Notes under the pieces: model-generated | What the model saw: only the letters and a program-made list of their open reading frames with translations | The model's database searches: none | What the model was told of the DNA's origin: nothing | Position numbers and translations under genes: made by a program | Shown: in pieces, positions 28,602 to 38,328 of the stretch | Layout: each line of letters starts with the position of its first letter | How positions within the stretch are numbered: the first letter of the stretch is position 1 | Assembly: GCA_003258725.1 (NCBI GenBank) | Contig: QHMG01000005.1 | Location: 47,152-111,151 of the forward strand | Length of the DNA: 64,000 nt | Reading direction: 5' to 3' | Source of the DNA: Candidatus Melainabacteria bacterium | GTDB taxonomy: Bacteria > Cyanobacteriota > Vampirovibrionia > Gastranaerophilales > Gastranaerophilaceae

Positions 28602-30197
28602 ATGAATAAACTTCGAGAAATTGAGAAAAAAATAAATAAAGAAGTTAAAAATGGTCATGTGCAAAACGCTATTGAAGTTTGCCAAGTTGAGTTGCAAAAC
28701 GACCCAACAAACGCAGATTTACACGTTAGACTAGGCGATTTGTATTTGGCTTGGCATTTGGATATTCATAATTCTTATCAATATATTGATGAGGCTATTA
28801 CAGAATATCAAAGAGCGTTGGAAACTTACATTGATTCTGCTGAAATTTATTTTAAAATAGGTCAAGCTCAATATTTTAAAGGTGATTTAGAAAAAGCCAT
28901 TAACTATTTGAATATGGCGACTACTAAAAATAAAAATCTTGCTAAGGCATATTATTTGTTGGCAGAAACATACACTAAAAAGGCGCACTTCTTAGAAGCG
29001 ATGTTTAATGCAAAACATGCAATTAAGTTAGCTCCTTTAACAAGTTCTTCAGCGCATTACTTGCTATACAACCTTTACAAGGTTTCATCTTTTAGAAATC
29101 CGCTTTCTTGGTGGCGTAGCAAATGGCAATTATTATTGGCTATTTTAACATTACCATTTGATAAAATGGCTATCAAGAATGTTCTTCGCTCTTTATCATA
29201 CTTGCAGTTCTTGCCAGTATTAGTTAAAGGGTATTATCAAGTGCAAAAAAGCGGTTTAGCTGGCGCAATTGATTTGTATATTGATGCAATTGAAAAAGCT
29301 CCAGGTTTTGTGCCTTTGTATTGTTTACTAGGTGACATTTACCGCTCAATTGGTCAATACGATGATGCGATTACAGAATATAAAATGGCAATTTGGCTAG
29401 ATAGTTTGAATATTCCTGCTTACCGTCATTTGTGCCAAGCGTATGAAGAACAGGGTGATTACGATAATGCAATTGATATTTATCAAAAATTGATTAGTAT
29501 TTTGCCTACAATGCCGGAATTTCATTCAAATTTGGCTAACTTGTACTACATCAAGGGTGACATTAAAGAGGCTATTTCGCACTATCAATCAGCAATTACG
29601 CTTAACCCTAACAAAAAATGGACAAGTATTATTACTCAAACTCTTGGTTTTGTTTATCAAGAAAATAAAGGTGATTTGGACGCTGCAATTAGTGCTTACC
29701 AAAGTGCGTATTTGTTAACTCCAGAAGATATGGACATTTATGTAAACTTAGGCTCTGCGTTTTACGACAAAGAAGATTTTGAAAACGCTTTGACTGTTTA
29801 TAGAAGCGCCCTAGACCTTGACCCTAACAATGCAAAAATTCATTGTAACTTAGGTTTCTTGTATTGGGGTAAAGGTGATATTGACGAAGCAATTAAAGAA
29901 TATGAACTTGCTATTGAAAACGACCCAATGTATGACATTGCATACAACAATTTGGGTGTAATTTATCTTGATGACTTAGGTAGAGTTCAAAAATCAATCG
30001 AATTATTTAAAAAATCAATTGAATGTAATCCAAATTATGCACTTGCGCACTTTAACTTAGCTAGAGCAATTACCGTTGTTGGCGACAAGATTGAAGCTGC
30101 AAAATTGTATCAAGTTGCTCAAGATATTAATAAGGTTACAAACGAAATTGACCCTCAAGATATTACAAACAAAATTAACAGTTTGTTCCAATCATAA
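28602..30197 (+). CDS. Tetratricopeptide repeat (TPR) protein
   Basis: Multiple TPR units (AxxYxxLGxxYxxxGxxxEAIxxYxxAL). Confidence 0.7.
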   Translation: MNKLREIEKKINKEVKNGHVQNAIEVCQVELQNDPTNADLHVRLGDLYLAWHLDIHNSYQYIDEAITEYQRALETYIDSAEIYFKIGQAQYFKGDLEKAINYLNMATTKNKNLAKAYYLLAETYTKKAHFLEAMFNAKHAIKLAPLTSSSAHYLLYNLYKVSSFRNPLSWWRSKWQLLLAILTLPFDKMAIKNVLRSLSYLQFLPVLVKGYYQVQKSGLAGAIDLYIDAIEKAPGFVPLYCLLGDIYRSIGQYDDAITEYKMAIWLDSLNIPAYRHLCQAYEEQGDYDNAIDIYQKLISILPTMPEFHSNLANLYYIKGDIKEAISHYQSAITLNPNKKWTSIITQTLGFVYQENKGDLDAAISAYQSAYLLTPEDMDIYVNLGSAFYDKEDFENALTVYRSALDLDPNNAKIHCNLGFLYWGKGDIDEAIKEYELAIENDPMYDIAYNNLGVIYLDDLGRVQKSIELFKKSIECNPNYALAHFNLARAITVVGDKIEAAKLYQVAQDINKVTNEIDPQDITNKINSLFQS

Positions 30198-30379
30198 TTA
30201 GGGGTATAGAGGTTTAGAAGTTTAGAGATTGGGCTTTGAGTTGAGTCTTTTTGTGAAGGGTTGTCTTTCAGGGCAACTATACATATATGCGTTCTGTCCA
30301 CATGTCTAATTCTGTTCTTTTTTAGTTGCGGTGTGGTTTTGTCTATGCTACAATTAGCGTAACTAATAGGGAGAATATA

Positions 30380-33172
30380 ATGATTCAATTTTTATTAAAA
30401 CTTATGGGCGATCCAAACGAAAGAAAAGTTAAAGCGATTATGCCTATAATTGAACACATAAACGCTCTTGAGCCTGAATTTGAAAAACTTTCAGATGATG
30501 AATTAAGAGCAAAGACTCAAGAATTTAAAGAAATTCTTAAAAACAGAAGAACTTCTGATAATCCAAAAGCTGATAAAATTTTAGAAAAAGAAGCGTTGGA
30601 CAAAATTTTACCGGAAGCCTTTGCGACAGTTCGTGAAGCAGGAAAGCGTGTTTTAAATATGCGTCACTTCGACGTTCAGCTAATCGGGGGGTACTTCTTA
30701 CATAACGGTCATATCGCTGAAATGAGAACAGGTGAAGGTAAAACTCTTGTTGCAACTTTACCCGCATACTTAAATGCCTTGACTGGCAAGGGTGTTAACG
30801 TAATTACGGTAAACGATTACTTGGCAAAACGTGACAGCGAATGGATGGGTAAAATTTACAAATTCTTAGGTTTAACCGTTGGTGTAATCCTTTCTGGCGG
30901 AAGATCTGCTGATGATTTTGAGCTTAAACGCCAAGCATACGCTTGCGATATCACTTATGGCACAAATAACGAATTTGGTTTTGATTATTTGCGTGATAAT
31001 ATGGCTGGAAGCTTGGACATGCTTGTTCAAAGACCTTACAATTACGCAATTATTGACGAAGTTGACTCAATTTTAATTGATGAAGCTAGAACTCCATTGA
31101 TTATCAGTGGTCGTGTTGAAAAATCTGCTGACACTTACCGTTTAATGGCGAAAGTTGCCCCTCAACTTGAAAAAGTTAGAGATTATGAGGTTGATGAAAA
31201 GAATAAAAATATTATTTTGACTGAAGAAGGTATTGACAGAGCGCAAGAAATTATTGGTTGCAAGGACTTGTTTGATTTGTCTGACAACTACGCTCATCAT
31301 TTGTTACAAGCCTTAAAAGCAAAAGAATTATTCATTAGAGATACAGATTATGTGGTTAAAAATGGAGAAGTTTGTATCGTTGATGAATTTACAGGTCGTT
31401 TGATGGAAGGTCGTCGTTGGTCAGACGGTTTGCACCAAGCAATTGAGGCAAAAGAAGGGGTTAAAATCCAAGACGAAACTCAAACTTTAGCAAGTATCAC
31501 TTTCCAAAACTTGTTCAGATTGTACCCTAAATTATCAGGTATGACTGGTACTGCAATGACTGAAGAAGCTGAATTTGGAAAGATTTACAATCTTGAAGTT
31601 ACAACAATTCCAACAAACAAACCTGATATCAGAATTAACTATCCTGATGTAATTTACAAGACTGAAAAGCAAAAATATTTGTCGGTTGTTGAAGATATTA
31701 TTGAGCAACACAAAAAAGGACGTCCTGTTCTTGTTGGTACAATTAGTATTGAAAAATCAGAATTGTTATCAAAATTATTGAAGGATAGAAATATTCCGCA
31801 TAATGTTTTGAACGCAAAACACCACGCAAAAGAAGCATACATTATTGCTCAAGCAGGTAGAAAAGGTGCAGTTACAATCGCTACAAATATGGCTGGTCGT
31901 GGTACAGATATTCTTTTAGGTGGTAACGCAGAATATTTAGCAAAAGAAAAATTAGAAAACGAAGGTATTACACCAGAAGATCCTAATTACGAAGCAAGAA
32001 AAGACCAATTATTGGCTGAAACTCGTGAGCAAACAGAGAAAGAACATAAAGAGGTTATTAGATTTGGCGGTTTACACGTAATCGGTACGGAAAGACACGA
32101 ATCAAGACGTATCGACAACCAATTAAGAGGTCGTGCTGCTCGTCAAGGTGATCCTGGTTCAACAAGATTCTTCTTATCATTAGAAGACAATTTGATGAGA
32201 ATTTTCGGCGGTGAAAAGATTATTCAACTTATGAATGCGCTTAATGTTGATGAAGATATGGCAATCGAAAACCCTATCATTACAAGACAAATTCAATCTG
32301 CACAAAAGAAAGTTGAAACTTATCACTTCGATATAAGAAAATCAGTTCTTGAATATGACGACGTTATGAATGTTCAAAGGGAAAAATTCTACGAACAAAG
32401 ACGTAAAGTTCTTTCTGGTAAAAACTTGTCAGAAGATATTATTTATATGATTGAAAGAGAAATTGACAGACTTTTAAGTAGTTACATTTCTCCACATATG
32501 GCAGTTGAAGAATACATTGACGAAGACTTAAACACATTAATCAAAGAGCTTCACTCAATTGTTCCACAACTTTCTTACATCACAGTAAACGATATTAAAA
32601 ACTTGCAATACGCTGATATGTATGACAAAATCGTAGATTTAGCTAAACAAAAATATCGTGAACACGAGCAAGAAATGGTAGATTTCTACAACGATGTAAT
32701 TTCTCAATACGAAGAAAATCCAGAAAAACAAGAACCATTTGCTGACAACAATATTGCAAGAAACGTAGAACGTGATATTATGCTACAAGTTGTTGATAAC
32801 AAATGGATTGACCACTTACACAACATTGATATCTTGCGTGACGGTATTGGTTTACGTGCTTACGGTCAAAAAGATCCACTTATTGAGTACAAAAAAGAGG
32901 CTTATGACCTATTCAATAAAATGATGTACGAAATTCAAGGCGAAACCGTTAAACACTTGTTCAGAACTAAATTCGGGGTTCAAATTGTACACCAAGAGCC
33001 TGTTGAAACAAGTCTTTCAAAAGCCGCAGAAGAATTCGACAGTTCAGAAGATAAAGAAGAAATCGAAGTTAAACCAATTCGCAAAGGTGAAAAAATCGGA
33101 AGAAACGACCCATGCCCTTGCGGAAGTGGTAAAAAATACAAAAATTGTTGTATGAACAAAGTTGATGCATAG
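30380..33172 (+). CDS. secA: Preprotein translocase ATPase SecA
   Basis: Full-length SecA with DEAD motor motifs and a C-terminal zinc finger CPCGSGKKYKNCC. ATG at 30380 is preceded by GGGAGA. The track ORF starts at 30326 with an 18-aa extension. Confidence 0.95.
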   Translation: MIQFLLKLMGDPNERKVKAIMPIIEHINALEPEFEKLSDDELRAKTQEFKEILKNRRTSDNPKADKILEKEALDKILPEAFATVREAGKRVLNMRHFDVQLIGGYFLHNGHIAEMRTGEGKTLVATLPAYLNALTGKGVNVITVNDYLAKRDSEWMGKIYKFLGLTVGVILSGGRSADDFELKRQAYACDITYGTNNEFGFDYLRDNMAGSLDMLVQRPYNYAIIDEVDSILIDEARTPLIISGRVEKSADTYRLMAKVAPQLEKVRDYEVDEKNKNIILTEEGIDRAQEIIGCKDLFDLSDNYAHHLLQALKAKELFIRDTDYVVKNGEVCIVDEFTGRLMEGRRWSDGLHQAIEAKEGVKIQDETQTLASITFQNLFRLYPKLSGMTGTAMTEEAEFGKIYNLEVTTIPTNKPDIRINYPDVIYKTEKQKYLSVVEDIIEQHKKGRPVLVGTISIEKSELLSKLLKDRNIPHNVLNAKHHAKEAYIIAQAGRKGAVTIATNMAGRGTDILLGGNAEYLAKEKLENEGITPEDPNYEARKDQLLAETREQTEKEHKEVIRFGGLHVIGTERHESRRIDNQLRGRAARQGDPGSTRFFLSLEDNLMRIFGGEKIIQLMNALNVDEDMAIENPIITRQIQSAQKKVETYHFDIRKSVLEYDDVMNVQREKFYEQRRKVLSGKNLSEDIIYMIEREIDRLLSSYISPHMAVEEYIDEDLNTLIKELHSIVPQLSYITVNDIKNLQYADMYDKIVDLAKQKYREHEQEMVDFYNDVISQYEENPEKQEPFADNNIARNVERDIMLQVVDNKWIDHLHNIDILRDGIGLRAYGQKDPLIEYKKEAYDLFNKMMYEIQGETVKHLFRTKFGVQIVHQEPVETSLSKAAEEFDSSEDKEEIEVKPIRKGEKIGRNDPCPCGSGKKYKNCCMNKVDA

Positions 33173-33176
33173 TTTT

Positions 33177-33229
33177 TAGGGCGGTGAAATTGAAAATTTC
33201 ACCGCCCTTTTTGTCAGGCATTGCCTGAC
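33177..33229 (+). terminator. secA terminator (two hairpins)
   Basis: AGGGCGGTGAAATTGAAAATTTCACCGCCCT followed by TTTTTG, then GTCAGGCATTGCCTGAC. Confidence 0.75.
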
Positions 33230-33256
33230 CTACAAACTTCAACATTATTCAATGAT

Positions 33257-33283
33257 TGTAATTTTATGTCATCCTGAACTTGT
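33257..33283 (+). repeat. Intergenic palindromic element, copy (ATGTCATCCTGAACTTGTTTCAGGATC)
   Basis: Member of the ATGTCAYNCTGAAYTNNTTTCAGNRTC family. A partial copy (TGTCATGCTGAAAC) lies in reverse orientation at about 33392-33408. Confidence 0.6.
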
Positions 33284-33423
33284 TTCAGGATCTTTCTAAC
33301 CTAACGCACTATCGGAAGATTGATAAGATGCTGAATAACTACGTCTTATTTGTAACGCATACATTAAAAGTTTCAGCATGACAAGGAAAAACATAAAAGG
33401 AAGGTGTAACTATAAGCTACTTT

Positions 33424-35334
33424 TTAACCTGCTTTTCTTAGTTCAACTTCAATAAGTTTCACGAATTCGCTTACAAGTGTTGAGTTCCATTTTTTGTTTG
33501 CATCAGCCTTAATTACATCAAGTGCTTCATAAGGTGAAAGAGCTTTTCTGTAAATTCTTGGCTCTGTCAAGGCAAAATATGCGTCAATAATCAAGATAAT
33601 TTGTGATGACAACGGAATATCATTTCCAGCCAATTTGTTTGGATATCCCGAACCGTCCCAATTTTCGTGGTGTTTTTCAATAATTGGGATAATATCTTTT
33701 ACGTTTGAAATCGGTTCTAACAAGTCGTGAGCAGCCAAACGAGGGTGGTTTTCAATATAAGCACGTTCCTCATCTGTCAAAGGTCCGTCTTTTTGCAAAA
33801 TTTCTTGAGGCAACATCAAGTTTCCTACGTCATACAACAACATTGCTACACGAAGTTTATCGGCATCATCTTTTTCAAGTTCAAAACGTCTTGCAAGAGT
33901 TGTCGCCATAATAACTTTTGATTTTGATGAACCAAGTGTATGCAATGGGTTATAAGTTGTTGCAAGTGTGTCTGCAACTGAATATAAAGTGTCTTTTGGA
34001 TTTGAATTTTGTTCAATTGCCATTTGTAATTTTTTTGTTAAATCTTGCTTAACTTCGTCTGAAATGTTAATTCTGCCAGTTGCAAGAATGTCGTTAAAGG
34101 CATTAAGTGCAACCTCTTGCCATGAAACCTCTGAAATCGGAGTGGCAAGCGTAACTTGGTTTCTGCCGTTACGTTTTGAATGATACATAGCTTGGTCAGC
34201 AAGCTCCATCAATTCTTCCACGTTGTTTGCGTGTTCTAAGAAGGTTGCAACACCTAAACTTGCGGTAATTGTACCGACAGTTTCAATCGGAGTTGCTTCA
34301 ATCGCTTTTCTGATACGTTCTGCGGCAATCATTGCACCCTTTGAATCAATACCAGGAAGAAGAACATCAAATTCTTCACCACCAATACGGGCTGGAACGT
34401 CGATAGAACGAGCGTTTTGTTTTAGTACGCTTGCAATTTGTTTAATCGCCAAATCGCCGTAAACGTGTCCATACTTATCGTTTATTTGTTTCAAGTGGTC
34501 TAAGTCAATACCGATAATTGAAAACGGTTGTTTTTGACGATTCGCACGAGTAAATTCTTTTTCAATAGAATCTTCAAAATAACGACGGTTATACAAGGTT
34601 GTCAATGGGTCTGTAACCGCTTGTTCTCTAACCATTTGGAACAAGTCTGCAATTGTGATTGCAAGTTCAATTTGTTGAGCAAAAATGTTCAAGAAATCTA
34701 ATTCCGCTTCAGTTGCCTCAAGTCGTTGAGATAAAACAATTAGGATACCAAAATGGTTCATTTTTGAAAGTGGTACTAACATAAATGAACGACAAGAGGT
34801 TTCGCTAAGAATTTCTTCAACCTTGTCTTCTGTCAAGTCTGGTGCGATAGAATTTAAGCCTGCTCGTAAATCTGTACTTTGTAGAATTTCTTTGTTTCTC
34901 AAAACAGCCTTGATAATTGAGGCTTGCTCGAAATTCATACGTTGAGTGTTTATCGGAGTTTCAAGATGTTGGTTAATTTCGTCAAAAAGATTTCCGTTTG
35001 AACTTGCCATAACGGTAAAATATTCGCCGTTTTCGTCGTTACGACGTTGTAAAATGCAAGAGTGCAAATAACCTAATTCACCTTGAAGGTTGTTTACTGT
35101 TGTGTCGAGGATACTTGAAAGAGGTTTTGATGAATTCATCATTTCCCAAATGTGTTGCAACGTCAACATACGACGGTTAGCTTCATTCAACTCGTTTGTA
35201 CGTTCTTCAATTTCCTGTTCAAGTTGTGCGTTACGTTCATAGATTTCTAAAAAATCTTTTTTACCGCTATATAAGTGGTTTTCTATTTCGCTAACTTGGT
35301 TTGTGAATTCTTTAAATTTGTCAAAAATACCCAT
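33424..35334 (-). CDS. GAF-GGDEF-HD-GYP c-di-GMP turnover protein
   Basis: RIGGEEF GGDEF signature. C-terminal HD-GYP (HHENWDGSGYP). N-terminal coiled coil plus a GAF-like region. Confidence 0.85.
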   Translation of the reverse strand: MGIFDKFKEFTNQVSEIENHLYSGKKDFLEIYERNAQLEQEIEERTNELNEANRRMLTLQHIWEMMNSSKPLSSILDTTVNNLQGELGYLHSCILQRRNDENGEYFTVMASSNGNLFDEINQHLETPINTQRMNFEQASIIKAVLRNKEILQSTDLRAGLNSIAPDLTEDKVEEILSETSCRSFMLVPLSKMNHFGILIVLSQRLEATEAELDFLNIFAQQIELAITIADLFQMVREQAVTDPLTTLYNRRYFEDSIEKEFTRANRQKQPFSIIGIDLDHLKQINDKYGHVYGDLAIKQIASVLKQNARSIDVPARIGGEEFDVLLPGIDSKGAMIAAERIRKAIEATPIETVGTITASLGVATFLEHANNVEELMELADQAMYHSKRNGRNQVTLATPISEVSWQEVALNAFNDILATGRINISDEVKQDLTKKLQMAIEQNSNPKDTLYSVADTLATTYNPLHTLGSSKSKVIMATTLARRFELEKDDADKLRVAMLLYDVGNLMLPQEILQKDGPLTDEERAYIENHPRLAAHDLLEPISNVKDIIPIIEKHHENWDGSGYPNKLAGNDIPLSSQIILIIDAYFALTEPRIYRKALSPYEALDVIKADANKKWNSTLVSEFVKLIEVELRKAG

Positions 35335-35532
35335 AGATTGCCCTCGATATTGTTTCTAAATTATACAACATTTCTTTAAATCCGTAAAATATTTGGTTAA
35401 GTTTGTTTAAATTTTTATGACTTTTTAAAATTTATCATTAAATAAATCATACAGAAATATGAAATTTCAATAAGAGTGTTCATTAAAACGATGTCTATAT
35501 TGTAAAATGTAATTGGAGCGAGGATATATAAA

Positions 35533-37122
35533 TTGTTTGAATCATTAAGAGTTGGTCCACAACTTACACCTAAAAATAATCAAATAATTAAGCGCAACGA
35601 GGACGAGGAAGCTAAAAAGAAAGCAAACGAAGCCGAAGGCGAAGCGAAACAAGGTTCTAACCTTGCTCAAAGTCGTGGCTTGAAATACGTTGAGGATTTA
35701 CAAAACGGTAAACACCCGCATAATCCGAACGTCGGCGGAAATAATTACGCTTATAACAATCAAGTTCAAAATGCGCAAATGGCTCGCCCTATGGCAAGAC
35801 CAATGCAACGCCCTATGAATAATCAAATGGGTGTTGGTATGAACCGTCCAATGGGCGCAGGTCAAATGGCTGGCGCAAGACCAATGGGCGGAGTTCAACA
35901 ACCTGTTCAAGCACAAGGTGCTCAACAAACTCAAGGTGTTTCAAGCTCGTCAGGCAAAATGATTAGCCCTAAAATCAATATTGCTCAAGTAATAGGTGAT
36001 TTTAAAAATACAGCCAAAGCTATTGGAACTCCAGAAGATATTTACGAAGAAGTTGATACTTATCTAGGTTTAGTCGAAAAAACTACTAAAAAAGACACTC
36101 CAAATGTTAAAGCTGTTCAATCAAATTTGCGTAACGCCGCAGGACTTTTGGATAAATATATTTCAGACACTTTAAATAAAGATTCAAAAGTAGTTGAAAA
36201 TTGGGTTGAAGCAATTTTCTTGCAACAAGTTGATTACAAATACAATACAGAAGATGTAAACGAAGCATTTTTAGTTAAAATGCCAGAAGATAACAAAAAA
36301 GCTGAAGGCGCAGAACAAACTCAACCTCAACCTCAACAAGCGCAAAAGGTTGAACCTCAAAAGCCTAAAATGGATAGTGAATTGAAACAACTATTTAAAG
36401 ACGGTAAATCTGCCTCAAAGGCTAAAGACAGCGTTACAGCCCTATCAACTTTCCAAAGAGCAATTAATCGCTCAATTGAACTTGGTGACACTGAATCTCA
36501 AGCAAAAATTACTTTTGAAGTGGCTCAAGTTTACGATTACGATGACGATTTGCCAAGAGCTTTAGAAAATTACAACAAGGCGATTGAAACAACAACAGAC
36601 AACAACGTAAAAGTTAAAGCACACTACTCAATGGCGCAAATTTACGACGATGTAAAACAATTTAAACCCGCAATTGAACACTATATGGCTGCAATTTCTT
36701 TTGCAGGTGAAACTGATAACTTTAAAGCTCAAACTCAATCTTTGACAAAAATCGGAAACATGTATTCAGATAAATATGACAAAGAAGCGTTTAATGTTTA
36801 TGAAGATGCAAAAGTAGTTGCAGAAGAAAGCAAAGACGCATCAGTAAAAGGTTATGTTTCAAGTTCAATCGCAAATGCTTACAATAAATTTAACAAGCCA
36901 GAAAAAGCTATGCGTTACTATTCTGATGCAGTTAAAAACTACAAACAAGCTGGTTCTGATGAAAAAGTTGCTATAAATTATAAAAAAGCAGGCGAATTAA
37001 TGCAGGATTACCAAAGAATGGATAAAGGCAAAAACTTAATTCAAAAAGCTATTCAATACGCTAAAAAAGCAAATAACGAAAATCTTGTAAAAGAATTAGA
37101 AAAAGATTTGCAAGTGGCTTAA
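35533..37122 (+). CDS. Hypothetical protein with an in-frame RPM tandem-repeat region and C-terminal TPR-like repeats
   Basis: TTG start with GAGGA RBS. 12-nt tandem repeats encode MARPMARPMQRPM... Q/P-rich linkers. TPR-like C-terminus. Confidence 0.5.
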   Translation: MFESLRVGPQLTPKNNQIIKRNEDEEAKKKANEAEGEAKQGSNLAQSRGLKYVEDLQNGKHPHNPNVGGNNYAYNNQVQNAQMARPMARPMQRPMNNQMGVGMNRPMGAGQMAGARPMGGVQQPVQAQGAQQTQGVSSSSGKMISPKINIAQVIGDFKNTAKAIGTPEDIYEEVDTYLGLVEKTTKKDTPNVKAVQSNLRNAAGLLDKYISDTLNKDSKVVENWVEAIFLQQVDYKYNTEDVNEAFLVKMPEDNKKAEGAEQTQPQPQQAQKVEPQKPKMDSELKQLFKDGKSASKAKDSVTALSTFQRAINRSIELGDTESQAKITFEVAQVYDYDDDLPRALENYNKAIETTTDNNVKVKAHYSMAQIYDDVKQFKPAIEHYMAAISFAGETDNFKAQTQSLTKIGNMYSDKYDKEAFNVYEDAKVVAEESKDASVKGYVSSSIANAYNKFNKPEKAMRYYSDAVKNYKQAGSDEKVAINYKKAGELMQDYQRMDKGKNLIQKAIQYAKKANNENLVKELEKDLQVA

Positions 37123-37163
37123 TTAGTTTATAAAAAGTTCAAAATAACATAAAATACGCAGAA

Positions 37164-37197
37164 AAACAAACTCTCACATTCTTTGAGAGTTTGTTTT
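37164..37197. terminator. Bidirectional terminator (35533..37122 gene / rpsO)
   Basis: AAACAAACTCTCA CATTCTT TGAGAGTTTGTTTT. Confidence 0.75.
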
Positions 37198-37224
37198 CAG
37201 TTTTATAAACCTTGCGCTTAGAAA

Positions 37225-37494
37225 TTAGCCACGTAATTTTAGTTTTTTAACTAAAGCTCTGTAACCGTCTAAGTTGATATCTTTTAAGTATGCTAATAAT
37301 CTTTTTCTTTTACCTACCATCATTAACAAACCACGTTTTGTAGAGAAATCTTTTTTGTTCAATTTCATGTGTTCTGTTAAATCAGTGATTTTTTTGCTAA
37401 GCATAGCGATTTGAACTTCTGCTGAGCCTGTGTCTTTTTCATTAGCACCGAATTTTTTAACAATTTCTTTTTTGTTTTCTAAGTTAATTGACAT
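37225..37494 (-). CDS. rpsO: 30S ribosomal protein S15
   Basis: 89 aa with the canonical S15 sequence (LSKKITDLTEHMKLNKKDFSTKRGLLMMVGKRKRLLAYL). Confidence 0.9.
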   Translation of the reverse strand: MSINLENKKEIVKKFGANEKDTGSAEVQIAMLSKKITDLTEHMKLNKKDFSTKRGLLMMVGKRKRLLAYLKDINLDGYRALVKKLKLRG

Positions 37495-37600
37495 ATTCCG
37501 ACTTTCCTTTATTTCTAAAAAATCTGTTTCTTAAGTCTATGATAGTATGTCAAGAAAAAAAATCAATATCTAATTTTACGCATGTAACAAAATTTGAAGA

Positions 37601-37984
37601 TTAAGCTAAGTCTAAAATGTTAATTCTGCTAGCTTTGTTTGCGTTATTAGCGTGGAATAAGAATAAATCTAATTGTAAATCTTTTTTGTTTCTGCAAGTT
37701 GTGAATTCTTTTTTAGCTAATTTGAATTCTTTTTCTTTTTGTTCGTATTTAGCATCAGTTTTGTCAACGCTGTTGAATTTAGCTTGTTCCATAATGAATA
37801 CTGATGTTGCTTTGTTGTATGCTTTTAATTGTTCTTTATATTTTGCTTCGTAAATGCTTGCTGTTTCGTTTAATTCTGCACGTCTAGCTTCTTGTTCTTC
37901 TTTCATCTTAGCAATTTTAGCTTCGCCAGGGTTTTCCTTCTTTGCGAATGGATTTGAAGCGTATGATGAAAATTCTAAAGCCAT
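37601..37984 (-). CDS. Hypothetical helical protein
   Basis: 127-aa Lys/Glu-rich helical ORF with no recognised domain. Confidence 0.35.
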   Translation of the reverse strand: MALEFSSYASNPFAKKENPGEAKIAKMKEEQEARRAELNETASIYEAKYKEQLKAYNKATSVFIMEQAKFNSVDKTDAKYEQKEKEFKLAKKEFTTCRNKKDLQLDLFLFHANNANKASRINILDLA

Positions 37985-38036
37985 TTTAATTAATCCTCTT
38001 TACTCTCTGTATATATATAAAGTATTTTTGTGTTAG

Positions 38037-38195
38037 AAAATTGCCAATGTAGTGTTCATGCGGGTTTGAACTATTCGGGTTGTCGGCAGAGTAACGTCTG
38101 ACCGACAACTTACGGGTTGAGTTCGCTTACGCTCACACGGCACCCTACCGAAAGTTCAAAAATTGCCTTTTTAGTATTTATGCGGGTTTGAACTA
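38037..38195. repeat. Intergenic module: about 37-bp direct repeats (AAAATTGCCnnTnTAGTnTTnATGCGGGTTTGAACTA) flanking a GC-rich hairpin
   Basis: Copies at 38037-38073 and 38159-38195. Hairpin GGTTGTCGGCAGA GTAACG TCTGACCGACAAC at 38079-38112. Contains a GAGTTCGCTTACG segment also found near 47565. Confidence 0.45.
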
Positions 38196-38214
38196 ATTTA
38201 TCAAAAGAGATTCT

Positions 38215-38283
38215 GAAACAAGTTCAGAATGACATAAGATTGAATGCTTAACTTTATGTCACCCTGAATTTATTTCAGGGTCT
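38215..38283. repeat. Two copies of the intergenic palindromic element (one reverse partial, one forward)
   Basis: 38215-38234 GAAACAAGTTCAGAATGACAT (reverse). 38255-38283 ATGTCACCCTGAATTTATTTCAGGGTCTC (forward). Confidence 0.55.
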
Positions 38284-38328
38284 CTTATTAAAATATCTGT
38301 TAAATTTTATTCATGTTAAAATAGGTGT

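Noticed and set aside
30200-30330. Structured element upstream of secA (GGTTTAGAAGTTTAGAGATT direct repeats)
   Set aside because: Short tandem heptamers only. No convincing hairpin or match to the other repeat families. Probably promoter or UTR sequence.
30326-30379. 18-codon N-terminal extension of secA
   Set aside because: SecA homologs start at MIQFLLK-like sequences. ATG 30380 has a GGGAGA RBS, and the extension has none.
35698-35934. 78-aa His/Trp/Cys-rich antisense ORF
   Set aside because: Artefact of the in-frame 12-nt tandem repeats in the 35533..37122 gene.
38079-38160. Possible tRNA or other small RNA gene in the GC-rich intergenic region
   Set aside because: No acceptor/T-arm cloverleaf can be drawn and there is no GTTCGAATC-type T-loop. 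The sequence is instead a long imperfect hairpin bounded by 37-bp direct repeats, so it is treated as a repeat module.
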